Shown here piece after piece: positions 7,678 through 18,881 of a stretch of DNA of 24,000 bases. A program made the position numbers and the translations under genes. Positions within the stretch are counted from its first letter, which is position 1; every line of letters begins with the position of its first letter. Origin of the DNA: Ilumatobacteraceae bacterium (GTDB lineage: Bacteria; Actinomycetota; Acidimicrobiia; Acidimicrobiales; Ilumatobacteraceae); contig JASGIG010000001.1 of the NCBI GenBank assembly GCA_047602055.1, positions 2,477,750-2,501,749 of the forward strand, given 5' to 3'. The notes under the pieces are model-generated. The model saw nothing but the letters and a program-made list of their open reading frames with translations, made no database searches and was not told where the DNA came from.

Positions 7678-9378
7678 ATGTGCCAGCCGGACGCCGTGGT
7701 CGCCCGGCTGCGGGGCGCCGGCGTGCGTCGTGGCGATCCGGTGGGGCTGGCGATCGGCGACGAAGCGGCCGGGCTGGCGCTGGGCGACGGGACCTCGATC
7801 ACGATCGACGCCGACGTCGCGGGCGTCGTCGCCGCGGTCGAGGACGAGCTGCGGCCGCGGTGGGTGACGTGGTCGCCGGTGACGGGACGCCGGCTCGTCG
7901 GGCTCGGGGTGCGCGTCGCCACGTGCTGGGACGTCGTCACGGTGCACCGGCTGGTCAGTGGTCGCTGGCGGGTCGACGAGGCGCATGCCTGGTCGGCGGC
8001 GCACGACCTGGCGCCGGACACGGTGCCGACCGAAGAGCCGTTCGACCTGTTCCACCAGGGCGACGCCGGCGATCCGGACGAGCCGATCCGCGCCGACGGG
8101 CACCTGCGGCCCGACTGGGTCGGTGGCCGCTGGCGAGCCGCCCCGGCACGTTGGGCCGAGCTGGCGCTCGACGTCGCCGACCGTCAGCGTCGCCGGCTCG
8201 GCGACGACGCCCGCGCCCTGGCGACGGCGCGCTCGGAGTCGACGGCCGAGCTGCTGTGCGCCGAGCTGGAGGTCGACGGGCTGCCGCTCGACCGCGCCGA
8301 GGCGGAGCGGTTGATCGGCGAGCTCGCCGGGCCGCGGCCGCGCACCGAGCAGGCGGCGGCAGCGCAGCGCGCCGAGCGCGACGCCGCCGTCCTCGCCCAC
8401 GCCCCGCCGGGCAGCCGCTTCGATCTGCGCAGCCCGAACGACGTGCGCTCGCTGCTGCGGCGCATCGGCGTCGAGGTGCCCGACACCCGCGCCTGGCGGC
8501 TGGAAGCGCTGCAGGACTCGCACCCGCTGGTCCCGGCACTGCTGTCGTGGCGCAAGGCCGAGCGCATCGCCACGGCGTTCGGCTACGGCTGGCTCGACGC
8601 TCATGTCGGCGCCGACGGCCGCCTGCGCGGCGACTGGACCGGCTCCGACGGCGCGGCCGGGCGGATGACCGCGTCGGCCGGCCTGCACAACCTGCCCGCC
8701 GAGCTGCGCCCGGCGGTGCGCGCTGAGCCCGGTCACGTGTTCGTGCGCGCCGACCTCGGGCAGATCGAGCCACGCGTCCTCGCCGCGGTGTCGGGCGATC
8801 GTGCCCTCGCCGCGGCCACCGCGGACGCCGACATGTACGCCCCGGTCGCCCGCCAGCTCGGCGTCGAGCGTCCGGTGGCCAAGGTCGCCGTGCTCGGGGC
8901 GATGTACGGCCAGACCACCGGCCGCGGTGCGGAGGTGCTGCACCGTCTGGAGCGGGCCTATCCGGTGGCGATGGCCTACCTGGCCGACGCCGCGCAAGCC
9001 GCTGTCGCCGGCAACGACGTGCGCACGTTCGGCGGGCGGCGGGTGCGCATGGGCAGCGACGCCGGCTTGGAGCTGGCCGAGCGCGAGCTGCGCAGCCGCG
9101 CCGCGGCCCGCGGCCGCTACGGCCGCAACGCCGTGGTCCAGGGCGCCGCCGCCGAGCTGTTCAAGATGTGGGCGCTGCTGGTGCGCGCCACCGGCGCCGG
9201 CATCGTCCTGTGCCTGCACGACGAGCTGCTCGTGCACGCCCCCGCCGACGAGGCGGCGACGACGGCACGCCTGCTCGACGACGCCCTGCAGCAGGCCGCC
9301 GCACGCTGGGCCCCCGGCACCGACGTCCGCTTCGTCGCCGACGTCAGCACCGTGCAGCGATGGTCGGACGCGAAGTGA
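7678..9378 (+). CDS. Stand-alone family-A DNA polymerase paralogue (PolA-like polymerase domain with a degenerate exonuclease-like N-terminal region)
   Basis: This is the C-terminal ~566 codons of the 6343..9378 open frame. It carries Pol A motif A VFVRADLGQIEPRVLAAVSGD, motif B RPVAKVAVLGAMYGQTTG and motif C IVLCLHDELLVH. The ATG at 7678 is used here; in-frame GTGs at 7639 and 7660 are alternatives. There is no 5'-nuclease domain. Confidence 0.8.
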   Translation: MCQPDAVVARLRGAGVRRGDPVGLAIGDEAAGLALGDGTSITIDADVAGVVAAVEDELRPRWVTWSPVTGRRLVGLGVRVATCWDVVTVHRLVSGRWRVDEAHAWSAAHDLAPDTVPTEEPFDLFHQGDAGDPDEPIRADGHLRPDWVGGRWRAAPARWAELALDVADRQRRRLGDDARALATARSESTAELLCAELEVDGLPLDRAEAERLIGELAGPRPRTEQAAAAQRAERDAAVLAHAPPGSRFDLRSPNDVRSLLRRIGVEVPDTRAWRLEALQDSHPLVPALLSWRKAERIATAFGYGWLDAHVGADGRLRGDWTGSDGAAGRMTASAGLHNLPAELRPAVRAEPGHVFVRADLGQIEPRVLAAVSGDRALAAATADADMYAPVARQLGVERPVAKVAVLGAMYGQTTGRGAEVLHRLERAYPVAMAYLADAAQAAVAGNDVRTFGGRRVRMGSDAGLELAERELRSRAAARGRYGRNAVVQGAAAELFKMWALLVRATGAGIVLCLHDELLVHAPADEAATTARLLDDALQQAAARWAPGTDVRFVADVSTVQRWSDAK

Positions 9379-9498
9379 AGCGAGGTGATGTTTGGCCGAC
9401 GGACCTGCAGACGTGGGCGGGGTTGCCGCCGCTGGGTCCGTGGGCGTCGAGCGATCGGTCACACCCGGCGGCGCGACCGCCAGGGAGCCCGCCGGACA

Positions 9499-9517
9499 GG
9501 TCGGCCGGAGGCCGACC
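9499..9517. terminator. GC-rich hairpin between convergent genes (possible bidirectional terminator)
   Basis: GGTCGGCC-GGA-GGCCGACC is a perfect 8-bp stem with a 3-nt loop. It lies 1 nt beyond the hydrolase stop codon (9519-9521) and about 120 nt after the polymerase stop. There is no U-tract, which is common in high-GC actinobacteria. Confidence 0.4.
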
Positions 9518-9518
9518 A

Positions 9519-10358
9519 TCAGGCGCGTCTGATGTGGCCCGTGACGAGGTCGACCCAGGTGTCCCACAGCTGCGGCGGGTAGTCGTGGCCCATGCCCTCG
9601 ATCAGCTCGAAGCGGGCGCCGGGGATCAACTCGGCGGTGCGCTCGCCGCCGGACGGGGCGATCAGCGTGTCGGCCGAGCCGTGCATCACCAGCGTCGGCG
9701 TCGTCACGCCGGGCAGCCCGTCGGCGCGCGACCCCGAGGCCATGACCGCATACATCTGCCGGCCGACGCCGGCGGGGTCGAAGCTGCGGTCGAAGGCGCG
9801 GCCGGCATCGGCCGCCCAGCGCTCCTCGTCGGCGAACGCCGGACTGCCCCACACGCGCAGGCCCTCGATGTGCCGGGCGATCGCCGACGCCCGATCCGTC
9901 GCCGGGGCGCCGGTCAGCAGGGCGTAGGCCGCCGGCGTCGACTGCCCGTACTCCGGCTCGCCGGTGGTGGACATCACCGACGTCACCGACAGCAGCCGGT
10001 CGCGGTGTTCGATGGCCAGCTGCTGGACGATCATCCCGCCCATCGACAGGCCCATCACGTGGGCCTGTTGCACGTCGGCCGCGTCGAGCACGGCGACCGC
10101 GTCGTCGGCCATGTCGGCCAGGCGGTAGCAGGCGCCCTTCTCGTCGACGGGCGCGCCGGTCAGGTGGGTGGACAGCCCGACGTCGCGGTTGTCGAAGCGG
10201 ATCACCTGCAGGCCGCGGGCGACGAAGCGCTCGCACCACTCGCTGGCGTAGTTGATGCACTGGCTGCCGAGCCCGTTGACCATCAGCAGCACCGGGGGAC
10301 CGGCCGGACCGATCGCCTCGTAGTAGATCTCGACGTCTCCGTTGCGGGCGATGCTCAT
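9519..10358 (-). CDS. Alpha/beta-fold hydrolase
   Basis: The internal ATG at 10358 of ORF 9519..10517 gives MSIARNGDVEIYYEAIGPAGPPVLLMVNGLGSQ...HVMGLSMGGMIVQ (GxSxG nucleophile elbow)...VMHGSADTLI...GMGHD. The upstream 53 codons look non-coding. Confidence 0.8.
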   Translation of the reverse strand: MSIARNGDVEIYYEAIGPAGPPVLLMVNGLGSQCINYASEWCERFVARGLQVIRFDNRDVGLSTHLTGAPVDEKGACYRLADMADDAVAVLDAADVQQAHVMGLSMGGMIVQQLAIEHRDRLLSVTSVMSTTGEPEYGQSTPAAYALLTGAPATDRASAIARHIEGLRVWGSPAFADEERWAADAGRAFDRSFDPAGVGRQMYAVMASGSRADGLPGVTTPTLVMHGSADTLIAPSGGERTAELIPGARFELIEGMGHDYPPQLWDTWVDLVTGHIRRA

Positions 10359-10446
10359 CGTGCGACCGTAGACCAGCGTCGCCGGTGCGGGCGTGAGCGG
10401 TCCGGCGCAGGCCGCGACGTACCGATCGCTCCACAAGCACGTCGCC

Positions 10447-10525
10447 ATCGCACATTGCGATACGGTTCGCGCCGTTTGGATTGGCGCCGCCCGGCGTCGA
10501 CCACCTACATTGTGCATGCGATCAC
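10447..10525 (+). promoter_or_regulatory. Putative promoter/operator region of the atp operon (locally AT-richer, with palindromes)
   Basis: Lies in the divergent gap between the hydrolase start (10358) and the atpZ start (10568). Contains the perfect palindrome ATCGCAcatTGCGAT at 10447-10461, a second TGCGAT within TTGTGCATGCGATCACAA (TTGTG/CACAA inverted repeat, about 10510-10527) and a TACATT -10-like hexamer at 10506-10511. No convincing -35/-10 spacing was found. Confidence 0.25.
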
Positions 10526-10567
10526 AAGCTCTGCCACGACGTGGTGGCGGCAGCGACCTGGAGTCCC

Positions 10568-10891
10568 GTGAAGTTCCTACCCAGCACCTCAGCGAAGCCC
10601 GACGACAACATCGGTCGTGGCATCGAGCTCGTGGTCGGGATCGTCGTCTTCCTCGGGCTCGGCTACCTCGTCGATCGCTGGCTCGGCACCAAGCCCGTGT
10701 TCATGATCGTGTTCTTCCTGTTCGCCGTCGCCGGGAACTTCGTCAAGCTGTGGCTCGGCTACGACCGCAAGATGCGCGAGCACGAGGCCTCGCTGGCCGC
10801 CAGGACCCAGTCGGCACGCCGCAGCGCCACCAGCACGACGGCCACCGCGGTCGAGTCGCCGGCGCCCACGCACCGGCCGGTGCAACCGTGA
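10568..10891 (+). CDS. AtpZ/AtpI-family small membrane protein (putative F0F1-ATPase accessory subunit)
   Basis: The GTG at 10568 (GGAG lies 4 nt upstream) gives VKFLPSTSAKPDDNIGRGIELVVGIVVFLGLGYLVDRWLGTKPVFMIVFFLFAVAGNF. This is the two-TM pattern with the D-x-W-L-G-T-x-P motif characteristic of AtpZ. The start is uncertain. Confidence 0.6.
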   Translation: MKFLPSTSAKPDDNIGRGIELVVGIVVFLGLGYLVDRWLGTKPVFMIVFFLFAVAGNFVKLWLGYDRKMREHEASLAARTQSARRSATSTTATAVESPAPTHRPVQP

Positions 10892-11358
10892 GCCAGAGCA
10901 CCGCCGACCGGCGCGCCGCGGCCAAGGCCGAGGCGATGACCCGCCCGGTCGAGGGACCGGCGCCCGAGGTCAAGATCTCCAAGGACATCGCCCGCCGCGG
11001 CGTGATCGTCGCCCCGGTGCTGATCGCGGTGTGCGCCGCCATCTGGGGCCTCGACGGCGCGTGGTCCAGCGCGTACGGCGTTGCCATCGTCCTCGTCAAC
11101 TTCCTGCTGGCCGCCGGGCTCATCGCGCTGACCGCTCGGATCAGCCTCGGGCTGATGATGGGCGCCATCCTGTTCGGCTATCTCGTGCGCCTCGGACTGA
11201 TCTTCCTCGCGGTCTATCTCGTCCACGAGGCCTCTTGGATTTCGTTGCCGGCCCTCGGCGCGACCATCATCGTCACGCACCTCGGTCTCCTCGTGTGGGA
11301 GATGCGCTACCTGGCGATCTCCTTGGCCAACCCCGGCCTGAAACCTGCCCGCTCGTAA
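10888..11358 (+). CDS. atpI: ATP synthase protein I-like membrane protein
   Basis: The GTG at 10888 overlaps the previous stop (GTGA). The product has four hydrophobic segments (VIVAPVLIAVCAAIWGL, YGVAIVLVNFLLAAGLIAL, LMMGAILFGYLVRLGLIFLAVYLV, LGATIIVTHLGLLVW). It sits immediately upstream of atpB. An alternative ATG start is at 10936. Confidence 0.6.
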   Translation: MSQSTADRRAAAKAEAMTRPVEGPAPEVKISKDIARRGVIVAPVLIAVCAAIWGLDGAWSSAYGVAIVLVNFLLAAGLIALTARISLGLMMGAILFGYLVRLGLIFLAVYLVHEASWISLPALGATIIVTHLGLLVWEMRYLAISLANPGLKPARS

Positions 11359-11382
11359 CTCAAGACAGGAACGGAAACGCTC

Positions 11383-12147
11383 GTGCTCGGATTCGAGTTC
11401 CCGCCCATCAACTCATTGCTGCGTTGGCAGGACTTCTTCCCGTCCTTCAACAAGATCGCCCTGATCGCCGTCGCGGCGATGTTGATCGGCACCATCGTCT
11501 ACCTTCTCGCCGGCCGCAAGGACCCGATGGTCGCGCCGACCGGCGTGCGCAACGTCGCCGAGACGTCCGTGGAGTTCATCGAGAACGGCATCGTCATGGA
11601 GACGATGGGCAAGGACGGTCTCGGCTGGACGCCGTTCCTGCTGTCGATCTTCGTCTTCGTCTACCTGTGCAACGTCACCGGCATCATCCCGATCCTGCAG
11701 ATGCCGGCCACGGCGCGCATCGCCATCCCGATGTTCCTGTCGCTGCTCGTGTGGGTGGTGTTCATCGGCACCGGCTTCAAGCACCAGGGCTTCTTCGGCT
11801 ACTGGAAGAGCACGCTGTTCCCGCCGGGGGTGCCCAAGCCGCTGTACATCCTCGTCACGCCGATCGAGTTCATCTCGACGATCCTCGTCCGCCCGTTCTC
11901 GCTGACCGTGCGACTCTTCGCCAACATGCTCGCCGGCCACATCCTGCTGGTGACGTTCGCGCTGCTCAGCGAGTCGCTGTTCCAGGCTCGGACGATGAAG
12001 TTCGCCCTCATCCCGATGGGCATCCTGCCGTTCGGCATGCTGCTGTTCCTCACCGCCTTCGAGGTGCTGGTGGCGTTCCTGCAGGCGTACATCTTCACGA
12101 TCCTCACCGCCGTGTACATCGGCGGCGCAGCGCACCCCGAGCACTGA
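11383..12147 (+). CDS. atpB: F0F1 ATP synthase subunit a
   Basis: 254 aa with a GTG start. Carries the conserved RPFSLTVRLFANMLAGHILL (essential Arg) and the C-terminal LQAYIFTILTAVYIGGA. Confidence 0.93.
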   Translation: MLGFEFPPINSLLRWQDFFPSFNKIALIAVAAMLIGTIVYLLAGRKDPMVAPTGVRNVAETSVEFIENGIVMETMGKDGLGWTPFLLSIFVFVYLCNVTGIIPILQMPATARIAIPMFLSLLVWVVFIGTGFKHQGFFGYWKSTLFPPGVPKPLYILVTPIEFISTILVRPFSLTVRLFANMLAGHILLVTFALLSESLFQARTMKFALIPMGILPFGMLLFLTAFEVLVAFLQAYIFTILTAVYIGGAAHPEH

Positions 12148-12480
<333 letters not shown>

Positions 12481-12529
12481 ACCGGCGCCGCATTGACCAC
12501 GTACCCGACCGACCCTGAAGGAGTCTGAC

Positions 12530-13180
12530 GTGCAAGCCGCCGTCGTCCATCTCCAAGGATCCCGCGTCGTCTCCGTCGTTCTCCAGGCCACCGACTCGAC
12601 GACGACCACCGTCGCCGAGGGCGAGCACGGCACGGACGCCGAGCACTCCACGAGCGGCGTCCACCACGTGCCGCTGTCGGAGGTGGCGGACCCCGGCGAT
12701 CCCGGTCCGATCCTTCCCGAGATGAAGGAGCTGGCCTGGGGCGCGGGCTCGTTCGTCGTCTTCGCGCTACTGATGCGCTTCGCGCTCTACCCCAGGCTGA
12801 AGCGGGGGATGGACGCCCGCAACCGGCACATCCGCGACGGGCACGAGTCGGCCGATCAGCTGCGCACCGGCGCCCGCTCCGAGGTCGCCGAGTACGAGGC
12901 CCAGGTCGCGGCGATCCGCGCCGAGGCCGCCCAGGTGGTCGACGCCGCCCGCCAGACCGTCGAGGGCGAGCGCCAAGCGCGCTTGGCCGAGGTCAACGCC
13001 CGGCTCGACCAGCAGCGCGCCGCTGCCCTCCAGGAGGCGAACGATGCCCGGGAGGCGGCACGTGGGCAGATCCACGCCGCCGTCAGCGAGGTCGCAGGTC
13101 GCGCCGGCGAGCTGGCCACCGGCAGTCGCCCGTCGGCCGACGTGGTCGACCGAGTCGTTGGTGAGGTGATGGCACGATGA
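12530..13180 (+). CDS. atpF: F0F1 ATP synthase subunit b, with an N-terminal extension of about 65 aa
   Basis: GAAGGAG lies 6 nt before the GTG at 12530. A TM helix (GAGSFVVFALLMRFALYP) is followed by a long Ala/Glu/Arg-rich coiled coil. The extension has high GC3, so it looks coding. An alternative ATG start at 12722 would leave 240 nt non-coding. Confidence 0.85.
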   Translation: MQAAVVHLQGSRVVSVVLQATDSTTTTVAEGEHGTDAEHSTSGVHHVPLSEVADPGDPGPILPEMKELAWGAGSFVVFALLMRFALYPRLKRGMDARNRHIRDGHESADQLRTGARSEVAEYEAQVAAIRAEAAQVVDAARQTVEGERQARLAEVNARLDQQRAAALQEANDAREAARGQIHAAVSEVAGRAGELATGSRPSADVVDRVVGEVMAR

Positions 13181-13785
13181 CGGTCCTGGCATCCATCATC
13201 CCGACGATCGGTCGCTTCGTCGCCGCCGGCTCCGAAGACGTCACCGTCGACGCCAACGGGCAGATCGTCACCCACTCGCCGATCCTGCCGGAGACGCCGG
13301 AGATCATCTACGGCGGCCTGGCTGCGCTGATCATCTTCTTCATGCTGTACAAGTTCGCCGGCCCGGTGGTGTCCAAGGCGATGAAGGCCCGCACGGCCAA
13401 GATCCAGAAGGAGCTCGACGACTCGGCTGCCGACAAGGCCGCCGCCACCGCCGAGGCCGCGGAGATCCGCCAGGCCAAGGGCGACATCGCCGCCGAGCGG
13501 CAGCGGATCCTGGCCGAGGCCGAGGCTCAGGCCACCGCGGTCGTCAACGAGGGCCGGGCGCGGATCGAGACCGAGGTCGCCGATCTGGAGGCCAAGTCGG
13601 CCGCCGACATCGCCGCGGCCCGCAACCGCGTGGGCGACGAGCTGCGTGCCGAGATCGCCCGCCTGTCCGTCGCCGCCGTCGATCAGGTCGTCACCGGCAC
13701 GCTCGACGACGCCACCCAGCAGCGCCTGATCGAGGACTTCATCAGCCGTGTCGGCGCTAGCTCACCCGCAGGAGCATCGTCATGA
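13177..13785 (+). CDS. Second b-type (b') ATP synthase stator subunit
   Basis: 202 aa. ATGA overlap with atpF. TM helix IIYGGLAALIIFFMLYKFAGPVV, then a coiled coil (KIQKELDDSAADKAAATAEAAEIRQAKGDIAAERQRILAEAEAQA...). Architecture is typical of a b subunit. Confidence 0.85.
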   Translation: MTVLASIIPTIGRFVAAGSEDVTVDANGQIVTHSPILPETPEIIYGGLAALIIFFMLYKFAGPVVSKAMKARTAKIQKELDDSAADKAAATAEAAEIRQAKGDIAAERQRILAEAEAQATAVVNEGRARIETEVADLEAKSAADIAAARNRVGDELRAEIARLSVAAVDQVVTGTLDDATQQRLIEDFISRVGASSPAGASS

Positions 13786-14309
13786 GTGATCCGAGGATCG
13801 ACGGCTACGCCCGCGGCCTGTTCGAGATCGCCCACGCCGAGGGGACCCTCGACGAGGTCGAGGACGAGCTGTTCCGCTTCGCCCGCAGCTTCGAGGGCAA
13901 CGACGCGCTGCGCAGCGCGCTGACCGACGAGATGATCCCCGCCGAGCGACGCCAGGCGATCGTCGAGGACCTGCTCGGCGGCAAGGCCACGAACACCACC
14001 ACCCAGCTGATCTCGATGGTGGTCGGCACCGGCCGCGGCCGCGAGCTGCCGGCGATCATCGACCGGCTCGTCGACCGGGCCTCGAGCGCCAAGCACCTCG
14101 AGGTCGCCAACGTCCGCGTCGCCGTCCCGCTGACCGACGACCAGCAGCACCGCCTCGCCGCGGCGTTGACCAATGCCACCGGCAAGCAGATCAACATGAA
14201 GGTCACCGTCGATCCGTCGGTGCTCGGCGGCATCGTCGCCACGATCGGCGACACCGTCATCGACGGCACGGTGCGCACGCGCATCGATCAACTGAAGTCT
14301 CGTCTGTAG
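13782..14309 (+). CDS. atpH: F0F1 ATP synthase subunit delta (OSCP)
   Basis: 175 aa. ATGA overlap with the preceding gene. The C-terminus ...[35 protein letters not shown] is the conserved delta/OSCP ending. Confidence 0.9.
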   Translation: MSDPRIDGYARGLFEIAHAEGTLDEVEDELFRFARSFEGNDALRSALTDEMIPAERRQAIVEDLLGGKATNTTTQLISMVVGTGRGRELPAIIDRLVDRASSAKHLEVANVRVAVPLTDDQQHRLAAALTNATGKQINMKVTVDPSVLGGIVATIGDTVIDGTVRTRIDQLKSRL

Positions 14310-14332
14310 GAACAAGGAAGTCAGGGCAACCC

Positions 14333-15934
14333 ATGGCAGAGCTCACGCTGAGCGCCAGCGACATCGCCGCAGCGCTGAAGAAGAACCTCGAGGGCTTCGA
14401 GCCGTCGCTGGAGGCACGCACGGTCGGGCGCGTCGCCGAGGTCGGTGACGGCATCGCCCGCGTCAGCGGCTTGCCCGACTGCGCGGTCAACGAGCTGCTG
14501 GCGTTCGAGGACGGCACGGTCGGCCTGGCGCTGAACCTCGACGAGGACTCGATCGGTGCGGTCGTGCTCGGCGACGGGTTCGGCATCGAGGAGGGCCAGA
14601 CCGTCAAGGCCACCGGCAACATCCTCTCCGTGCCGGTCGGCGACGCCCTGCTCGGCCGGGTGATCAACGCCCTCGGCCAGCCGATCGACGGCAAGGGCGA
14701 CATCGTCGGCGGCATCCCCCGCCGTGTCGAGATCCAGGCGCCGGGGATCATGGGCCGCAAGCCCGTGCACGAGCCGCTGCAGACCGGGATCAAGGCCATC
14801 GACGCGATGACCCCGATCGGCCGTGGCCAGCGCCAGCTGATCATCGGCGACCGCAAGACCGGCAAGACCACCGTCGCCGTCGACGCGATCATCAACCAGC
14901 GCGGCCTCGGCGTGAAGTGCATCTACGTCGCCATCGGCCAGAAGGGCTCGACGGTCGCCCAGACCGTGGAGACGCTGCGCCAGTACGGCGCGCTGGAGTA
15001 CACCGTCGTCGTCGCCGCCCCGGCGAGCGACCCGGCGCCGTTCAAGTACCTCGCCCCCTACGCCGGCTGCGCCCTCGGGCAGCACTGGATGGAGCACGGC
15101 GAGCACGCCCTCATCGTCTACGACGACCTGTCCAAGCAGGCCGAGGCATATCGCCAGCTGTCGCTGCTGCTGCGCCGCCCACCTGGCCGCGAGGCCTACC
15201 CGGGCGACGTCTTCTACCTCCACAGCCGGCTGCTGGAGCGCGCCGCCAAGCTCAGCGACGAGCTCGGCGCCGGCTCGCTCACCGCGCTGCCGGTGATCGA
15301 GACGAAGGCCGGCGACGTGTCGGCGTACATCCCGACCAACGTGATCTCGATCACCGACGGCCAGGTGTACCTGCAGGACAACCTGTTCAAGTCGGGCGTG
15401 CGGCCCGCCGTCGACGTGGGCATCTCGGTGTCGCGCGTCGGTGGCGCGGCGCAGGTCAAGTCGATGAAGAGCGTGTCGGGCACGCTGAAGCTGGACCTCG
15501 CCCAGTTCCGCGAGCTGGAGGCGTTCGCCACGTTCGGCTCCGAGCTCGACGCGATCTCCAAGGCCCAGCTGGAGCGCGGCTACCGGCTCGTCGAGCTGCT
15601 CAAGCAGCCGCTGAACAGCCCGATGCCGGTCGAGGAGCAGGTCGTGTCGGTGTTCGCCGGCACGAAGGGCTACCTCGACGACCTGCCGGTCAACGAGGTC
15701 AAGCGCTTCGAGGCCGAGCTGCTGGAGTGGATGCGCACGACCCACGGCGGTCTGCTGTCGGAGCTGCGCACCAACCCGAAGGCCGACGTGCCCGCCGAGC
15801 TCGGCGACCTCGTCGCCCAGTTCAAGGATCGCTTCAACAGCGGCATCGTCTCACCGCGCGCCGTCGACCCGCTGTCGACCTCGGCGTCCGAGCTGGGAGC
15901 GGCCGAGAGCGACAAGACGCTCGAGACGGAATGA
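14333..15934 (+). CDS. atpA: F0F1 ATP synthase subunit alpha
   Basis: 533 aa. Walker A GDRKTGKT, plus ...[48 protein letters not shown]. It has a C-terminal tail of about 30 aa beyond the usual end. Confidence 0.95.
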   Translation: MAELTLSASDIAAALKKNLEGFEPSLEARTVGRVAEVGDGIARVSGLPDCAVNELLAFEDGTVGLALNLDEDSIGAVVLGDGFGIEEGQTVKATGNILSVPVGDALLGRVINALGQPIDGKGDIVGGIPRRVEIQAPGIMGRKPVHEPLQTGIKAIDAMTPIGRGQRQLIIGDRKTGKTTVAVDAIINQRGLGVKCIYVAIGQKGSTVAQTVETLRQYGALEYTVVVAAPASDPAPFKYLAPYAGCALGQHWMEHGEHALIVYDDLSKQAEAYRQLSLLLRRPPGREAYPGDVFYLHSRLLERAAKLSDELGAGSLTALPVIETKAGDVSAYIPTNVISITDGQVYLQDNLFKSGVRPAVDVGISVSRVGGAAQVKSMKSVSGTLKLDLAQFRELEAFATFGSELDAISKAQLERGYRLVELLKQPLNSPMPVEEQVVSVFAGTKGYLDDLPVNEVKRFEAELLEWMRTTHGGLLSELRTNPKADVPAELGDLVAQFKDRFNSGIVSPRAVDPLSTSASELGAAESDKTLETE

Positions 15935-15975
15935 TCGATCGAGACACGACGAGGCACGGGACGGAGGTGAGCTAG

Positions 15976-18382
<2,407 letters not shown>

Positions 18383-18385
18383 TCC

Positions 18386-18829
18386 GTGGCTGATCCGATG
18401 CGTGTCGAGCTGGTGTCGCCCGAGCGCGTCCTGTTCTCCGGCGAGGCCACCCAGGTGATCACGCGGGTGCTCGGCAGCGGCGAGATCGCCTTCCTGCCGG
18501 GCCATGCGCCGTACCTCGGGGCGCTCGTCGAGAACCACACGCGTGTGTGGCTGACCGACGGGACCGTGCTCGACGTGGCCGTCCATGGCGGCTTCGTCCA
18601 GGTGAGCAACAACACGGTGTCGATCCTCTCCGACGTCGCCGAGCTCGGCGAGCAGATCGATCGGCAGCGGGCGCAGGCGGCACGAGCGCGCGCCGAGGCC
18701 GAGCTGGGTCAGGCGTTCGAGGACGATGGCGCCGAGGCGGCCACGAAGGCGGCACTGGCCCGGGCGAACGCCCGCCTCAACGCCAGCGGTGGCATCCCCG
18801 CCGGCGGTGCCGGCAACCAGACGAACTGA
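18386..18829 (+). CDS. atpC: F0F1 ATP synthase subunit epsilon
   Basis: 147 aa from the GTG at 18386 (alternative ATG at 18398: MRVELVSPERVLFSGEA...). An N-terminal beta-sandwich pattern is followed by a helical Ala/Arg-rich C-terminal domain. Confidence 0.88.
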   Translation: MADPMRVELVSPERVLFSGEATQVITRVLGSGEIAFLPGHAPYLGALVENHTRVWLTDGTVLDVAVHGGFVQVSNNTVSILSDVAELGEQIDRQRAQAARARAEAELGQAFEDDGAEAATKAALARANARLNASGGIPAGGAGNQTN

Positions 18830-18881
18830 GCTGTTTCGGGCTCCGGTCGCCGCGTCCCTCGCGGGGTCGTAGCCTCGCCGG

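Noticed and set aside
6343-9378. 1011-aa ORF that appears to fuse the glycosyltransferase N-terminus to the DNA polymerase
   Set aside because: Between about 6745 and 7640 this frame translates to Arg/Pro/Gly-rich low-complexity sequence. It also runs through the intergenic repeat and past the real wecA stop in the other frame. It is an open-frame artefact of high GC plus the wecA frameshift, not a fusion protein.
7342-10455. 1037-aa minus-strand ORF, the longest in the window
   Set aside because: It is antisense to the polymerase gene for most of its length. Its composition is dominated by R/G/P/A with no recognisable motifs. Only its extreme 3' region coincides with the hydrolase locus, and there it is in another frame. 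This is a typical shadow ORF of a GC-rich genome.
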